A stretch of 64,000 bases of DNA, from NCBI GenBank assembly GCA_965205865.1, contig CBDBHR010000026.1:96001-160000 (forward strand), given 5' to 3'. This document shows positions 23,111 to 35,160 of the stretch, piece after piece. Source of the DNA: a bacterium. GTDB taxonomy: Bacteria; SAR324; NAC60-12. Below the pieces are notes generated by a model that was given only the letters and a program-made list of their open reading frames with translations, did not search any database and was not told where the DNA came from. The stretch's first letter is position 1. Each line of letters opens with the position of its first letter. The translations under genes and the position numbers were made by a program.

Positions 23111-26100
23111 ATGCCCAAACGAACAGACATCCAATCGATATTGATTATCGGGTCAGGTCCCATCGTGATTGGGCAGGCCTGTGAATTCGATTACAGCGGC
23201 ACTCAAGCTTGCAAGGCATTGAAGGAAGAAGGATATCGCATCATTCTGATCAACAGCAACCCCGCCACCATCATGACGGATCCGAATTTGGTCGATGCGA
23301 CTTACATCGAGCCAATAACCGTTGACGCTCTGGAGGCCATTATCCAAAAAGAAAAGCCCGATGCCATTCTCCCCACCATGGGAGGGCAGACCGCTTTGAA
23401 CATGGCCATGGCGCTTCACCATGCCGGGATCCTGAAAAAATATCAGGTCGAATTGATCGGCGCCAAGGTACCTGCCATCCATAAAGCAGAAAACCGGGAA
23501 GCTTTCCGGAAAGCCATGAAAAACCTGGATATCCGCATGCCTGCAAGCCGGATCGTGCACTCGCTGGAAGAAGCGAGGCAAGTTGAAAAGGAGTTGGGGC
23601 TGCCTCTCATTATCCGCCCTTCGTTTACTTTGGGAGGCACCGGAAGTGGGATCGCGGAAACCAGTGAATCACTTGAAAAGATCGTATCCGGCGGTCTGTC
23701 CGTCTCTCCAACCCACGAGGTATTGGTCGAGGAATCGATTTTGGGCTGGAAAGAGTATGAATTGGAGGTGATGCGTGATTCCAAGGACAACGTAGTGATT
23801 ATCTGCTCCATCGAAAATTTTGACCCAATGGGGGTGCATACCGGAGACAGCATCACCGTGGCCCCCGCTCAAACACTAACTGATTCCGAGTACCAGCACA
23901 TGCGGAATCTGTCACTGCAAGTTATTCGTGAAATTGGAGTGGATACCGGTGGCTCAAACATTCAGTTTGCCGTCAATCCGGAAAATGGAGAAATCATTAT
24001 CATCGAAATGAATCCTCGGGTTTCCAGAAGCTCTGCACTGGCTTCCAAAGCCACAGGCTTTGCCATTGCCAAAATCGCAGCCAAATTGGCAGTGGGTTAC
24101 ACTTTGGACGAAATTCCCAATGACATCACAAAAAAAACGCCAGCTTCCTTCGAACCGACCATCGACTATGTAGTGACCAAAATCCCCCGCTTTGCTTTTG
24201 AAAAATTTCCACTGAGCGATACCAGTCTAACGACGCAAATGAAATCCGTAGGTGAAGTGATGGCCATCGGAAGAACATTCAAAGAATCGTTTCACAAAGC
24301 ACTGCGTTCTCTGGAAACAGGATCTGCGGGAATGGAACCCCGGGACTACAAAAACCGGGCGGCCGAAGAAATCGAAGCGCTGCTCGAACAACACTTGAGT
24401 TGTCCGACCAGTGAGCGGATTTGGTATCTGGCCGATGCGATACGTCGGGGATGGAGTGATGCAAAATTGTTTGCCTGCTCCAAAATTGATCCTTGGTTCC
24501 TGGGCCAAGTCCGAACGCTGGTCGAACAAGAACAACAGATAGCCGCTCTGTGCCTGCACGACCTCCAGCGTCCACAACTGCGCGCGTGGAAAGCAATGGG
24601 ATTCTCTGACTTGCGAATTGCTCAATTGCTGGACTGTTCTGAATCCCGGGTTTCTGACAAACGGAAAGCTTGGAACATCATCCCCGTCTTCAAGCACGTC
24701 GATACCTGTGCCGCAGAATTCCCTTCCGAAACACCATATTTTTATTCCACCTATGAAGAAGAGAATGAATCGATTCCCTCTCTGCGGAAAAAAGTCGTCA
24801 TTCTGGGCAGTGGTCCCAATCGCATCGGACAGGGAATCGAATTTGACTATTGCTGCGTGCATGCTGCTATTGCTGCTCGGGAAAAAGGATTCGAATCCAT
24901 CATGGTCAATTGCAATCCGGAGACGGTCAGTACCGATTATGACACTTCGGATCGCCTCTATTTTGAGCCGATCACTTTCGAAGACGTCATGCACATCGTC
25001 GAACTGGAAAAACCCTCAGGGGTGATTGTCCAGCTAGGGGGTCAAACTCCTTTGAAGCTGGCGAAGCAATTGCATGACGCTGGCGTGCCCTTGTTGGGGA
25101 CCTCATTCGAAAGCATCGACCGAGCAGAAGATCGCCAATTGTTTACCGAACTGCTCGATAAACTGAATTTACGGCAGCCTCCCAATGGCACCGCCTTTTC
25201 ATTGCGGGAGGCCTACAAAATTGGCCGCAGGATCGGTTATCCGATTCTGGTACGCCCTTCTTATGTCTTGGGAGGACGAGCCATGATGATTGTCGATTCG
25301 GAGGAGGAATTGGCGGGCTTTTTCCATGAAGCCGTCAAGGTATCTCCTCAACATCCCGTATTGATTGATAAATTCCTACTCAATGCCACCGAAATCGACG
25401 CGGATTTCCTGGCAGACGGGAAGCGAGTGGAATTGGGTGGCATCATGGAACATATCGAACAGGCGGGGATTCATTCAGGCGACAGTGCTTGCTCCCTGCC
25501 TCCTCATTCGTTGTCTCCGTCCATTTTAAAGGAAATCGAGCATCAGGGGCAGGCTGTGGGACGTGAACTGAATGTAGTTGGATTGATGAATATTCAATTT
25601 GCCGTCAAAGATGACAAAGTATACGTTATCGAGGTCAATCCCCGTGCCTCGCGCACCGTTCCATTTGTCAGCAAAGCCACTGGGCGACCACTGGCAAAAT
25701 ACGCCACCTATCTCATGCTCGGAGCATCGTTTGAGAGTCTCAACTTTTCCTACAAACCCCCTGCGACTTTCGCAGTCAAAGAAACGGTTTTTCCCTTTGC
25801 CAAATTTGCCGGAGCGGACACGGAGTTGGGACCTGAAATGAAATCAACCGGTGAAGTGATGGGTTGGGGAAACACCTTCGAAGAAGCCTACTTCAAAGCG
25901 CAACTTGCCGTTTTTCAAAAAATTCCTCCAAACGGCCACGTCTTCATTGGAGTGCTGGACAGGGACAAGCCAGCCATGATTCCACTGGCCAAAGAGCTGA
26001 CGACCCTGGGATTCTCCATCCTGGCCACACCCGGAACCCTGAAAATCCTCCGGCAGGGAGGTGTCCCTAACGCCAAAGTTGTTTCCATGGACATGGAAAG

Positions 26101-26320
26101 AGAGCAAAGTGTGTATGAATACATGTATCGTAACGAACTGGCCTTGGTGATCAACACCACCCATCCCCGCAAGCGTTTTGTAGACCATACGCATATACGA
26201 CGCATGACCCTGCTTTATAACTTGCCTTATTTTACGACGGTGCAAGGAGCATTGCATTTCGTACGCTCCATGAAAACCCAATACCAGCAGCACCTCACCT
26301 ACCGTGCTTTACAGTCATAG
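23111..26320 (+). CDS. carB: Carbamoyl-phosphate synthase large subunit
   Basis: [22 protein letters not shown]; two ATP-grasp halves; MGS-like domain. Confidence 0.97.
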   Translation: MPKRTDIQSILIIGSGPIVIGQACEFDYSGTQACKALKEEGYRIILINSNPATIMTDPNLVDATYIEPITVDALEAIIQKEKPDAILPTMGGQTALNMAMALHHAGILKKYQVELIGAKVPAIHKAENREAFRKAMKNLDIRMPASRIVHSLEEARQVEKELGLPLIIRPSFTLGGTGSGIAETSESLEKIVSGGLSVSPTHEVLVEESILGWKEYELEVMRDSKDNVVIICSIENFDPMGVHTGDSITVAPAQTLTDSEYQHMRNLSLQVIREIGVDTGGSNIQFAVNPENGEIIIIEMNPRVSRSSALASKATGFAIAKIAAKLAVGYTLDEIPNDITKKTPASFEPTIDYVVTKIPRFAFEKFPLSDTSLTTQMKSVGEVMAIGRTFKESFHKALRSLETGSAGMEPRDYKNRAAEEIEALLEQHLSCPTSERIWYLADAIRRGWSDAKLFACSKIDPWFLGQVRTLVEQEQQIAALCLHDLQRPQLRAWKAMGFSDLRIAQLLDCSESRVSDKRKAWNIIPVFKHVDTCAAEFPSETPYFYSTYEEENESIPSLRKKVVILGSGPNRIGQGIEFDYCCVHAAIAAREKGFESIMVNCNPETVSTDYDTSDRLYFEPITFEDVMHIVELEKPSGVIVQLGGQTPLKLAKQLHDAGVPLLGTSFESIDRAEDRQLFTELLDKLNLRQPPNGTAFSLREAYKIGRRIGYPILVRPSYVLGGRAMMIVDSEEELAGFFHEAVKVSPQHPVLIDKFLLNATEIDADFLADGKRVELGGIMEHIEQAGIHSGDSACSLPPHSLSPSILKEIEHQGQAVGRELNVVGLMNIQFAVKDDKVYVIEVNPRASRTVPFVSKATGRPLAKYATYLMLGASFESLNFSYKPPATFAVKETVFPFAKFAGADTELGPEMKSTGEVMGWGNTFEEAYFKAQLAVFQKIPPNGHVFIGVLDRDKPAMIPLAKELTTLGFSILATPGTLKILRQGGVPNAKVVSMDMEREQSVYEYMYRNELALVINTTHPRKRFVDHTHIRRMTLLYNLPYFTTVQGALHFVRSMKTQYQQHLTYRALQS

Positions 26321-26600
26321 TTCCTGCAAATTCAGTACTTCATTATTATTCCATTTCATGCCGGTTCCCCGCCTTTTTCAAGATTCAATGAATTCTTTTG
26401 GAGAATGAGACATGAATCCACTCCTTTGTCTTCACATCTTGGAAAAGATGATGTAAATCGGAGATATTGGAATTGATGCGATCCTTTTTAAATTTACGTC
26501 TTCGAGAAATCTCAATATACGAGCAAGGGTTTCCCATGGATATCCAATACAGCCCGCAGCAACACGATGTGCCGCGTCTGATTTTAATTCACGGAGTTCC

Positions 26601-27398
26601 ATGAGAATTTTTATTTGTCTCTCAGTCCTGTTCCTAAGCGCCGTTTGCAACTTTTCCCTCAGCTTGGGCCAGAACCTCCCGGATCTGCAAGGAAGAACGA
26701 TTGTTGCGGTCACGGAAAACGCATACGCGCCTCTCAATTTTGTCGATCCAAAAACCGGAGAAGGCATAGGATGGGAATATGACGCGGTGAACGAAATTGC
26801 AAAACGATTGAATGCCAAAGTGGATTGGAAACTTTCCAACTGGGATACGATGATTTCCGCAGTCCGCAATGGTCAATTCGATGTAGGGATGGACGGCATC
26901 ACCATCACTGAAGAAAGAAAAAAGCAGCTGGATTTTTCAGATCCGTATATGGCGTCACGGCAATTCATGCTGGTCCGCGCCGATGAGAGACGCTTTCAAA
27001 CTCCGCAGGAATTCAAAGCCAACGAAGAATTGCTGATTGGAGCGCAACCGGACACGACCAATTTTTATTTCGCCGTCTACGAAATATTGGATGGCAACCA
27101 ACAAAACAAACGGATTGTTTTGTTCGAATCATTTGGCGCCATCGTTCAAGCCCTCAGAGTAGGCGCCATCGATATGGTCTTGATGGATGCCACTTCCAGC
27201 CGAGGATATATGGGGGCCAATCCGGGGAGTTTCAAAATAGTAGGGGATCCCTTGCGTACTGAAGAATTTGGTTTCATATTTACACCCGGATCCGATTTGG
27301 TTGCTCCATTCAATGCAGCGCTTGCCTCTATGAAAGACGATGGATTTATCGAAAAACTGAATCAAAAATGGTTTTTTGAATACAAATCGAAAAACTGA
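26601..27398 (+). CDS. Amino-acid ABC substrate-binding protein (family 3)
   Basis: Signal peptide, [27 protein letters not shown]. Confidence 0.9.
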   Translation: MRIFICLSVLFLSAVCNFSLSLGQNLPDLQGRTIVAVTENAYAPLNFVDPKTGEGIGWEYDAVNEIAKRLNAKVDWKLSNWDTMISAVRNGQFDVGMDGITITEERKKQLDFSDPYMASRQFMLVRADERRFQTPQEFKANEELLIGAQPDTTNFYFAVYEILDGNQQNKRIVLFESFGAIVQALRVGAIDMVLMDATSSRGYMGANPGSFKIVGDPLRTEEFGFIFTPGSDLVAPFNAALASMKDDGFIEKLNQKWFFEYKSKN

Positions 27399-27473
27399 AC
27401 CCTAATCCGTGCCTTGGAACAACGATTGGTTCAGCATCGATGGTAGCCGCGTAGTTTTAACCACCAGGGTCGT

Positions 27474-28967
27474 CTAATCCCCTGCCCAATGACGGGAACG
27501 TTCCACTGCTTTTTTCCATCCGGCAATTAGAGATACAACTTGTTGGGGTTCCATCTTGGGAAGAAAATCGGAGTTTTTCTCACGGATTTGTTCGAGTTCT
27601 TGTTGATGCTTCCAGACGCCAGCGGCCAACCCCGCAAGATACGCGGCACCCATCGCGGTGGTTTCAATGATTGCCGGCCGATTCACAGTGATGCCCAGTA
27701 TATCCGCTTGAAACTGGCAAAGGAAGTCGTTACGACATGCGCCTCCATCGACCCGCAAGGTGCTAATTTTTTGCCCGGTATCTTGTTCCATACAATGCGC
27801 GATATCGTAACTTTGATAACAAATAGCCTCCAAGGCCGCCCGCACTATGTGATTTTTATCAACACTTCGAGTCAATCCCACAATGGTTCCGCGCGCATAA
27901 GCGTCCCAAAAAGGCGCTCCTAAACCAACAAAGGCAGGCACGATATAAACCCCCTGGGTGTCTGAAACCGACCGGGCCATGGTTTCAGATTCCCGAGCAT
28001 CCTTAAAAAGACCCAATCCATCCCGCAGCCATTGGATCAGGGCTCCTGCGATGAAAACAGATCCTTCCAGGGCATAAGTGACTTGATCTCCAATCTTCCA
28101 CGCAACCGTTGTTAAAAGTCCATGCTCAGAGCGGGCCGCCCGGCTTCCGGTGTTGAGCAGCATGAAACAACCAGTACCGTAAGTATTCTTCACCATCCCC
28201 GGGGAAAAGCAGGCCTGGCCGAATAAAGATGCATGCTGATCGCCGGCAACACCGGCAATCAGAATCTCACTGCCCAGTAACGAATCATCCGTCGTCCCCA
28301 ACACGCCACTGGATGCAACCACTTGTGGCAGCGCAGAAAACGGGATTTCAAATTTACTCAGAATTTCCTCATCCCATCGCTGCTCATGGATATTAAAAAC
28401 CATGGTGCGTGAAGCATTGGTGATGTCCGTTGCAAACACCTTCCCTTTTGTCAGTTTCCAAATAAGCCAGGCATCCACGGTTCCCAGTGCGAGTTGATCC
28501 TTTTGAGCCAAATAAGCCACTTGCGCATTGTTTTTCAACAGCCAACGCATTTTGGTTCCGGAAAAATATGCGTCCGTGACTAACCCGGTTTTTTCTTGCA
28601 GAACTTGATCGAATCCTTCCTTTTTAAGCGCTTCACAATAATCAGCCGTACGACGGCATTGCCAGACGATGGCATTTTGCACCGGTTCCCCCGTCGATTT
28701 ATCCCAGGCAATTACAGTTTCTCTTTGATTGCTGATGCCGATGGCATGGACTTCGGACATGGCAATGCCTGCTTTTTTGACAACAGCCTGCATGGTGGCG
28801 AACTGAGTTTCCCAAAGATCCAGCGGATCCTGCTCCACCCATCCGTCTTGTGGATAATGACAGTCAAATTCCGCACTCGCGCTGGCAAGGAGATGACCAT
28901 CTTCCTCAATCAACAAACTTCTGGAACTGGTGGTTCCCTGATCCAGAGCCATGATAATTTTTGACAT
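27474..28967 (-). CDS. glpK: Glycerol kinase
   Basis: ALDQGTTSSR, NQRET, VWQCRRT, KNTYGTGCF, YALEGS. Confidence 0.96.
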   Translation of the reverse strand: MSKIIMALDQGTTSSRSLLIEEDGHLLASASAEFDCHYPQDGWVEQDPLDLWETQFATMQAVVKKAGIAMSEVHAIGISNQRETVIAWDKSTGEPVQNAIVWQCRRTADYCEALKKEGFDQVLQEKTGLVTDAYFSGTKMRWLLKNNAQVAYLAQKDQLALGTVDAWLIWKLTKGKVFATDITNASRTMVFNIHEQRWDEEILSKFEIPFSALPQVVASSGVLGTTDDSLLGSEILIAGVAGDQHASLFGQACFSPGMVKNTYGTGCFMLLNTGSRAARSEHGLLTTVAWKIGDQVTYALEGSVFIAGALIQWLRDGLGLFKDARESETMARSVSDTQGVYIVPAFVGLGAPFWDAYARGTIVGLTRSVDKNHIVRAALEAICYQSYDIAHCMEQDTGQKISTLRVDGGACRNDFLCQFQADILGITVNRPAIIETTAMGAAYLAGLAAGVWKHQQELEQIREKNSDFLPKMEPQQVVSLIAGWKKAVERSRHWAGD

Positions 28968-29150
28968 GATCGTCTCCTGATAAAATACGGGAAAGGCATG
29001 AACTCAAACGAACGTGGAATTTCTTGAATATTTCCTCCGGGAACCAAGAACCTGTTTAAAAATAATTTGAAAACTATTTTTCTTGCTGTCCGACTCGCCT
29101 GTCGAGTCTGAAATCGAGCATCCAGCTGTCACTCCTCTAAAAATAAAGGG

Positions 29151-30656
29151 TTAAAAATCGTTTGCTGCCAGTGTTTGCGCCAGTCGTATTTTCCAGCGTT
29201 GATAGGCGTTTTGATATGCCTGTCTTTTGGAAGTGTCAGGATCAATGACTTGCAAAACGCGTAGACCCCGCAAGGCATCGGCAACGTTTTTGTAAATGCC
29301 GGCGCCAAAGCCTGCAGCTCGGGCTGCACCCTGGGCGCCGTCGGTATCATATAGTTCAACCCGGACGCCGGTGAGTGTCGCAAATGCCTCACAGAAAAGA
29401 GGACTGAGAAATAAGTTGGCCTTACCGGCTCGTACGGTCAGAGTCTTGATCCCCATGCTCCGCATCATCTGCAGTCCATCTTGCAGGGCGAAAACGATTC
29501 CTTCTTTCGCTGCTCGAAGCACATGCGCCCGTGTATGGATGTTGAAATCGATCCCGTCGAACCGTGCCCCGGGGTTTTGATTTTCCAGTGTCCGTTCGGC
29601 GCCGTTTCCAAAGGGCAGGAGAGACAAACCCTCGGCGCCAATGGGCACCGTTGCCGCGAGGTGGTTCATCTCGGGGTAGTCTGCCACTGCCCACATGAAG
29701 TTGTGCTTGAGCCAACTATAAAGGCTTCCCGTACCGTTGATGCAGAGAAGTATACCGTAGCGGGGACGATTGGCGTGGTGGTTTACATGTACAAAAGTAT
29801 TGACCCGTGAGCGGTCGTCGCTGAGGAGCCTATCGCTCACGCCATATACCACGCCTGAGGTCCCTGCGGTAGTAGCAATTTCACCAGGCTCTAACACGTT
29901 GAGGGAAAAGGCGTTGTTGGGTTGATCCCCGCCGCGATAGGTCAGCGGCGTTCCGACCGGCAAGCCCAGTTCTACTGCAGCGTCAGGGCGCAGCTGTCCC
30001 TGTTCCGAGAAATTGTCGACAAGAGCTGGAATGAACTCGGCCGGAACACCATAATGTTCCAGGAGTATATGGGCCAATCCTTGATGCCGGTAATCCCACA
30101 ATATACCCTCCGAGAGACCTGCAGGCGTTGTCAAGACCCGGCCGGTCATTTTCAAAGCGACGTAGTCTCCCGGTAGCATGGCCTTGTAGACTCTGGCATA
30201 AGTATGTGGTTCGTTCTCCTTGACCCACTTGAGCTTCGAGGCAGTAAAATTACCTGGCGAGTTGAGCAAGTGTTTGAAACAGGTTTGCGGACCAATCGCT
30301 TCGAAAGCCTGTTGGCCAATCTCTACTGCCCGACTGTCGCACCAAATGACGGCGGGACGGAGAACCTTCAGGGCCCGGTCGACGAGCACCAGACCGTGCA
30401 TTTGATATGACAGACCAAGGGCCTTCACTTGCCTGAGATCAATGCCGTCCTGGCTTGCCAGACAACGGGTTGACTCCACCATATGTAGCCACCAGACCTC
30501 CGGATCTTGCTCAGCCCACCCGGGTTTCGGCGCCTGAATCGACAACTCTGTTCGTGGAGAGGTGGCTGACGCCAGCAGCCTGCCAGTGTCCACCTCAATC
30601 AACGCCGCTTTTATGGCAGAACTGCCTATATCGTATCCAAGTACATACTGCGTCAT
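29151..30656 (-). CDS. xylB: Xylulokinase (FGGY family)
   Basis: GYDIGSS, SYQMHGLV, WCDSRA, GDQPNNA, TAGTSG. Confidence 0.88.
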   Translation of the reverse strand: MTQYVLGYDIGSSAIKAALIEVDTGRLLASATSPRTELSIQAPKPGWAEQDPEVWWLHMVESTRCLASQDGIDLRQVKALGLSYQMHGLVLVDRALKVLRPAVIWCDSRAVEIGQQAFEAIGPQTCFKHLLNSPGNFTASKLKWVKENEPHTYARVYKAMLPGDYVALKMTGRVLTTPAGLSEGILWDYRHQGLAHILLEHYGVPAEFIPALVDNFSEQGQLRPDAAVELGLPVGTPLTYRGGDQPNNAFSLNVLEPGEIATTAGTSGVVYGVSDRLLSDDRSRVNTFVHVNHHANRPRYGILLCINGTGSLYSWLKHNFMWAVADYPEMNHLAATVPIGAEGLSLLPFGNGAERTLENQNPGARFDGIDFNIHTRAHVLRAAKEGIVFALQDGLQMMRSMGIKTLTVRAGKANLFLSPLFCEAFATLTGVRVELYDTDGAQGAARAAGFGAGIYKNVADALRGLRVLQVIDPDTSKRQAYQNAYQRWKIRLAQTLAANDF

Positions 30657-30929
30657 GTCGGACCTCCGGAAATTCTTCTGTCTGTATCTGAAAAGGGAAC
30701 ATAAAAATGGCTTTGTCGTTTTTTTGAATTTTTCATTCTATAAAATCCTCATGCAGCCTTTTTTTAGATTGTTGCTGTTTTTGAACGGATCGCTTGCAGT
30801 GAATTGACTGGAAATGCCATGGTAATCTGTTGATAAGGTGTCTAACAAATATCACCGGAGAGGTCAAGTATCTGAAAATGTTTGAAAACCATGCAAAGGT
30901 TCAAGTCAATGAGTCCAATTTTATTCAAG

Positions 30930-31745
30930 GTCATGACCCCGCATGAGGCCATCAGGCACGCCTTCGGGCTGGATTTGCCCATCCATGTCCAGTATGGACG
31001 GTGGGTTGCCGGATTGCTGAGGGGGGACCTGGGGGAATCCTTATGGTCCGGGAGATCGGTACTGGAGAGCATCCTGACTAAGCTGCCCGTCTCCCTGGAA
31101 GTGGGCCTCCTGGCAATTGTGGTTTCTTTAGCCATTGCCCTCCCGGTGGGGGTCGTCTCGGGTATGCGGCCGGAATCGGGGCTGGATTATTTTTTACGAA
31201 GCATTGCCATCTTGTTCATTTGTATCCCCAGTTTTTGGCTGGGGACGGCTATCGTCGTCTATCCGGCCATCTGGTGGTACTGGTCTCCCCGGACCACGTG
31301 GATTTCTTTCTTTGAAGACCCCGTGGAAAACCTGGTGATGTTCATCGTCCCGGCCATTGTGCTGGGAATGTGGCTCTCCGGGATGACCATGCGTTTGACG
31401 CGCAACATGATGCTGGAGGTACTCCGCAGGGATTATGTCCGGACGGCCTGGGCCAAGGGACTTCGGGAGTGGGTCATTATTCTGCGGCATGTGCTGAAGA
31501 ATTCATTGATCCCGGTGATCACGATGATCGGCCTGCAACTCCCTGTTGTGATTGGGGGGGCCGTTGTGGTGGAGTATATCTTCAATCTCCCGGGATTGGG
31601 GTCGTTCTTAGTGAGTGCGATCAATACCCGGGACTACCCTGTCATTACGGGAGTCAATATCTTTCTGGCAGCCTTTGTCTTGCTGATCAATTTAGCGGTC
31701 GACATCAGCTACGCCTGGTTCGACCCACGGATTCATTATAGTTAG
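30930..31745 (+). pseudogene. Peptide ABC permease DppB-like, 5'-truncated
   Basis: GLDLPIHVQY..GDLGESL and RDYVRTAWAKGL present; the N-terminal TM segment found in the paralogs is missing. Confidence 0.8.
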
Positions 31746-31789
31746 TGTTTTAATATTCACATACGCCACTGTTTAAAAACACATAAACC

Positions 31790-32761
31790 ATGGTACGAAC
31801 AAACCAGATCACTCGCTTAGTCCCGACAATGCGAAGAGGCTCTTTTGGGGAGTTCCTCTACCGATTGTACAAAGAGAAGAAGTTGGGCTTTTTGGGCGCC
31901 ATTATCGTGATCCTCTTTTTTCTGATCGGAGTGTTCGCTCCCCTCATTGCACCAGAGGATGTCTACCAGATGAAAATGCGCAATCGCTTGAAACCGCCGT
32001 CCGCCGAATTTATTATGGGGACCGACCACATGGGGCGCTCCCAGTTCAGCCGGATCATCCACGGGGCTCGTATCTCGATGGTGGTGGGGGTGTCGGCTTG
32101 CGCGCTGGCCCTGTTGATTGCGACCGTCCTGGGCCTGGTCTCCGGGTACTGGGGTGGAAAGTTTGACCTCGTTTTGCAGCGCTTTGTGGACGCCTGGCTC
32201 GGGTTCCCCTGGCTATTCATCATCCTGTCCGTCATGGCTTTGATTGGACCAGGGATGGTGCAGGTGATCCTGGTCTTAGGCGCGTTTTGGGGAATCGCAC
32301 ACATCCGCATGGTCCGGGGGGTAGTGTTGAGCGCCAAGCAGAATGTATATGTCGAGGCAGCCCGGGCAGTGGGGGCTCCCACCTGGAGAATCCTCATCAA
32401 ACATATCCTGCCCCAGGTGTGGGCGCCGATCATTACCATGTTTTCCGTGGCCCTCGGCGGCATTATTCTCGACGAGGCCACCATCAGCTACCTCGGTTTT
32501 GGCATCCCTCCGCCCCAGCCGAGTTGGGGGGGTATGCTCAGTCTGGAAGGCAAGAAATACATGTTGCAGGCCCCCTGGCTGGCCTTATGGCCCGGCCTCT
32601 CCCTGGCTGTAGTGATCTACGGCATCAACATGTTCGGCGACGCCCTGCGCGACCTGCTCGATCCCAGCCTCCGCGGCGGAGCAGGCCGCTTTGATATGAT
32701 GGACCGCTATGGCCCCGTGAAAAAACTCTTCCAACTGATCAAAGGCAAGGTGAAAAAGTAA
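31790..32761 (+). CDS. Peptide ABC permease DppC-like
   Basis: MGTDHMGR, YVEAARAVGA, PSWGGML, GDALRDLLDP. Confidence 0.92.
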   Translation: MVRTNQITRLVPTMRRGSFGEFLYRLYKEKKLGFLGAIIVILFFLIGVFAPLIAPEDVYQMKMRNRLKPPSAEFIMGTDHMGRSQFSRIIHGARISMVVGVSACALALLIATVLGLVSGYWGGKFDLVLQRFVDAWLGFPWLFIILSVMALIGPGMVQVILVLGAFWGIAHIRMVRGVVLSAKQNVYVEAARAVGAPTWRILIKHILPQVWAPIITMFSVALGGIILDEATISYLGFGIPPPQPSWGGMLSLEGKKYMLQAPWLALWPGLSLAVVIYGINMFGDALRDLLDPSLRGGAGRFDMMDRYGPVKKLFQLIKGKVKK

Positions 32762-32835
32762 TAAAGGCACTTCGCTTAAAAGCTCCCGGCTTTCAGCTTA
32801 CGCCCTTCCGGAGCTAACTTGCGCAATATATTACT

Positions 32836-33055
32836 TAACCTGAGTTCGACATAAATCTTCAATAATATGAGTATCCTAGTGTATATTTCATCCTCGCGAA
32901 ACTTGTCCCCTCGAAAGCGGGGAGCGGGGACCCGGATTTCAGTCTGGCCGCATACCTTTGGATTCCTGCTTTCGCAGGAATGACAAGGTTTCTCAAAGAT
33001 ATGAAGATTCCATAACATATTGAATTTATTAAATTCTTATCTCGAACTCAGGTTA
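32836..33055. mobile_element. MITE family A copy 2
   Basis: Same TIRs and body as 10336-10533, plus a short inserted hairpin. Confidence 0.85.
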
Positions 33056-33297
33056 CCTGGTACCGCGATTCAGAAAAAAGTATCCAAAATGTCATCCCTG
33101 ACTTTACTGGTGCGCCAGCCCGGCCGGATTCAGTCTGCGAGAGAGCCCCTGATAATATTCTGGATGGCTCACTCCTGGATCCCCGCTTTCGCGAGGATGA
33201 CACAGAGGTTTAATTTGATCACTTATTTCTGATTAGCTGTACTTAGCGTCTGAATGAAAATTAGATAACTACATGATATTTATCAGAAAGGAAGCCA

Positions 33298-33618
33298 TGA
33301 CCGCAATTCTTTCAATCGAACAGAAGCAACGGTTGTACCGAGAGGGCTGCGGACAGACCGCGATACACCCAGGGGGTCACCACGTCGCTGAGCGGTTCTT
33401 CAACATGCAACGTGCTTACCGGGGAGCGACTGGGTCCGGAGGGACCCGGCAGGCCCCGGTTCGATTATTCCCCGCCTAGGCGTTGCGGCTCGAAGTTCAT
33501 GCCGGACTACATGTATGACGCGCATACGGACGAGACCTCGGAATGCGCGCCCGGCGGCAAGCGGTGGCCCAAATTGACGCAGCTTCTGGTGGGGTCAAGC
33601 TTGCAAATTGGTAATTAA
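33298..33618 (+). pseudogene. Degraded gene remnant, possibly a PhyH-type dioxygenase
   Basis: RBS aaggaag followed by MTAILSIEQKQRLYREG; fragmented GC-rich remainder. Confidence 0.3.
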
Positions 33619-33801
33619 TTTGGTTGTGTGGTCGTAATTTGTGAAAAGCCACTCAGACAAAGGATTGAGGTATGGTTCCTTTCTGAGACCTTCCTTGCTG
33701 AAAAGACAACGCATTGCCTTTCAAACCCAGATGAGAGTCAATCCTCAGATGGGTGAAAAACTCCTGCACTTAAATGACAATTTCTTAATACCAATTTGCA
33801 A

Positions 33802-33910
33802 GCCTGACACCATTCCAAGAATGGGTACCGGATTTTATGCTTGACCTTTCCGGGGGCCTGACACCATTCCAAGAATGGGTACCGGATTTTATGCTTGACC
33901 TTTCCGGGGG
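33802..33910 (+). repeat. 54-bp tandem duplication upstream of the SDR gene
   Basis: gcctgacaccattccaagaatgggtaccggattttatgcttgacctttccgggg occurs twice. Confidence 0.92.
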
Positions 33911-34035
33911 GAGGGGTAAAGCATGAGTTTCTTTCCTCCAATGGTGGGGGAAAGAAGCCGGAAATCCAAGTGGTTTCCGTGGGTACGCAAAAACCCTGGT
34001 ATTCAGGGATCATCCTTCATATATGAGGAGACCAA

Positions 34036-34827
34036 ATGAACAATAAATTAGCAGACAAGATCGCCATTGTGACGGGTGGTAACAGCGGCATCGGCGAAGC
34101 CACCGGCAAAGTCCTCGCCCGCGAGGGCGCCAAGGTCGCCCTATTGGCCCGCAGGCAAGAAAAAGGTCAGGCCGCGCAAGAAGAGATTCGGATGACCGGC
34201 GGCAATGCCACCTTCTTCCCCTGCGACGTGAGCAATCACATCGCCGTCGAGAGGGCCGTCGCGCAAGTAGTCGAACGCTACGGCGGAGTCGATATTCTGG
34301 TGAATAACGCCGGGGGTGGCGCCCTCGGCGGCAAAGCCGGAGAAGCGATGCGATTGGAAGACAATCAGACCTGGGACCGTGTTGTCAGCGTCAACTTGAC
34401 AGGCCCCTTCTACATGACGCGGGCCGTCTGGCCGCATATGGTGTCCGCTGGTGGCGGGGTGATCATCAACATCTCTTCTGGTGCGGCGGGTGGCGGTTTC
34501 ACCCCGAAGCTCCTGGAAATTGGGGGAGGCTTCGACGTGTCAAGCTACTACGCGTCCAAAGCCGGACTCGAGGGGTTGACACGTGTCACGGCTAGCATGG
34601 GAGGACCCGACAACATCAGGGTGAACGCCATTCGACCGCAACTCATTGTGAACAAGCAAGGCCATCATTGGCTCGAAGGGCTACGCGAGCATTTGCAAAT
34701 CCTCAAGGGTCCCCTGCAAGGCGAGGATGTGGCCAATATGATCCTCTTCCTCAGTTCCGAGGACGCCCGCTATATTACCGGGGAAACGATGGAGGTAGGC
34801 GGCGGGTTCATGTACAAATTGCAGTGA
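34036..34827 (+). CDS. Short-chain dehydrogenase/reductase
   Basis: TGGNSGIG, NNAG, YYASK. Confidence 0.93.
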   Translation: MNNKLADKIAIVTGGNSGIGEATGKVLAREGAKVALLARRQEKGQAAQEEIRMTGGNATFFPCDVSNHIAVERAVAQVVERYGGVDILVNNAGGGALGGKAGEAMRLEDNQTWDRVVSVNLTGPFYMTRAVWPHMVSAGGGVIINISSGAAGGGFTPKLLEIGGGFDVSSYYASKAGLEGLTRVTASMGGPDNIRVNAIRPQLIVNKQGHHWLEGLREHLQILKGPLQGEDVANMILFLSSEDARYITGETMEVGGGFMYKLQ

Positions 34828-35160
34828 TCAAGCTGGGCGACCATACTGACTGACAAAAGTTATTCCGGATGCCCTTATTCATTCCATTATAAGTCAAAAG
34901 AAGACCTGACCCCTTTGTCTTCAAACCAAAGCACTTAAGAATTTACTAGCGCTGATCACGCGAATATCTTCTTTAAGCGATAAAAAATCAATGTCTTCCT
35001 CTCGTACGACCTGGTAACCGAAAGGGATATTCAACCTACGTTTAAAATATTTCAAAGCAGTCGATATATTTTGACTTTTGCTGTAACTATTTAGGTTTCT
35101 TTAGAGACCCCTTCGATTTAAGCACGGAATTTGCATAGCATAAAATTCAGGAAGGATTTT

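Noticed and set aside
33802-33910. CRISPR array (also considered for 61543 and 62117)
   Set aside because: The repeats are tandem with no unique spacers, and there are no cas genes.
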